From the NCBI GenBank assembly GCA_038131935.1, contig JAYPQH010000027.1, positions 1 to 64,000 of the forward strand: 64,000 nt of DNA. Direction: 5' to 3'. This document shows positions 63,476 through 64,000 of this stretch, piece after piece. Under the pieces are notes generated by a model. It searched no databases. It saw only the letters and a program-made list of their open reading frames with translations, and was not told where the DNA came from. Source of the stretch: Alphaproteobacteria bacterium (GTDB lineage: Bacteria > Pseudomonadota > Alphaproteobacteria > UBA8317). The position numbers and the translations under genes are program-made. Numbering within the stretch: position 1 is the stretch's first letter; each line of letters opens with the position of its first letter.

Positions 63476-64000
63476 GTCCAGAACATGTCTCAGGATATGG
63501 AATGACCCGTGTGCGACGCATACTGCGACGTCCATTATATTACTGGGGTTTGCGTGCATTTCTTGTCATCTGTCTTTGCGTTTCTTCGTGGCTTTTGATC
63601 ACCGTGCCCTCATGGACAACCATCTATGAGCAGCAGATGCAGTTGGTTGAAAATTACCTTGCAGATCGCCATGAATTGCGACTGCGAAAAGTTCTCATAC
63701 ATGGCCGACGTGATATGTCCATGGCAACTCTATTGGAGGTTATGAAGGTCGAAGAAGATGCACCTTTGTTCCGTGTTCAGACTGAAGCAATTGAGGCAAG
63801 GCTGCAACAGCATCCTGTGATCAAATATGCTCGTGTTCAATTTTTACCACCCGATACATTGGAGGTCGCTGTTGAAGAGCGTATGCCCATAGGGGTTTGG
63901 AGTCATCAAGGCGCTTGGCGGGTGTTTTCAAGAGATGGAACAATCCTTGGCGATATGTCATACAAATACGAACCATTACCTCGGTTTGCTGGAGATGGAG
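63463..64000 (+). CDS. ftsQ: cell division protein FtsQ (runs off the window)
   Basis: Open frame from ATG 63463 with a TM segment and a POTRA-like region ending PDTLEVAVEERMPIGVW; follows ddl. Confidence 0.85.
   Translation, partial: MSKIGPEHVSGYGMTRVRRILRRPLYYWGLRAFLVICLCVSSWLLITVPSWTTIYEQQMQLVENYLADRHELRLRKVLIHGRRDMSMATLLEVMKVEEDAPLFRVQTEAIEARLQQHPVIKYARVQFLPPDTLEVAVEERMPIGVWSHQGAWRVFSRDGTILGDMSYKYEPLPRFAGDG

Overview
Chromosomal window of a moderate-GC alphaproteobacterium, probably a marine heterotroph (inferred from gene content and the djlA-amidase-rnpB-mraZ-dcw order). The left end (1-2.3 kb) looks like an island boundary: the broken 3' end of an RTX Ca-binding protein gene, a 49-nt 3' fragment of tRNA-Met(CAT) (att-like), parDE and a galU stub. 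The 2.3-44 kb stretch is accessory metabolism: pirin, TauD, DadA-like oxidase, znuA/znuCB-zur with a Zur box and a perfect (HGHKE)x11 repeat, a UxaA-family dehydratase, a thiol-dioxygenase-like cupin with a four-domain rhodanese, tcuAB-yeeE-FMO, nhaA, selO, photolyase, and a Pho-box Ugp-like ABC system with a phosphodiesterase. The 44-64 kb stretch is core: ettA, mlaC/mlaA, djlA, amidase, RNase P RNA and the dcw cluster from mraZ to partial ftsQ. The best novelty candidate is a two-gene unit at 17.5-20.7 kb: a sigma54-type promoter, then an unrecognised 445-aa protein made of four copies of an ~85-aa helical domain, then a 595-aa flagellin with no other flagellar genes in the window. At least ten single-base frameshifts, most in homopolymers and some in essential genes (ftsW, murB), are best explained as sequencing or assembly errors.
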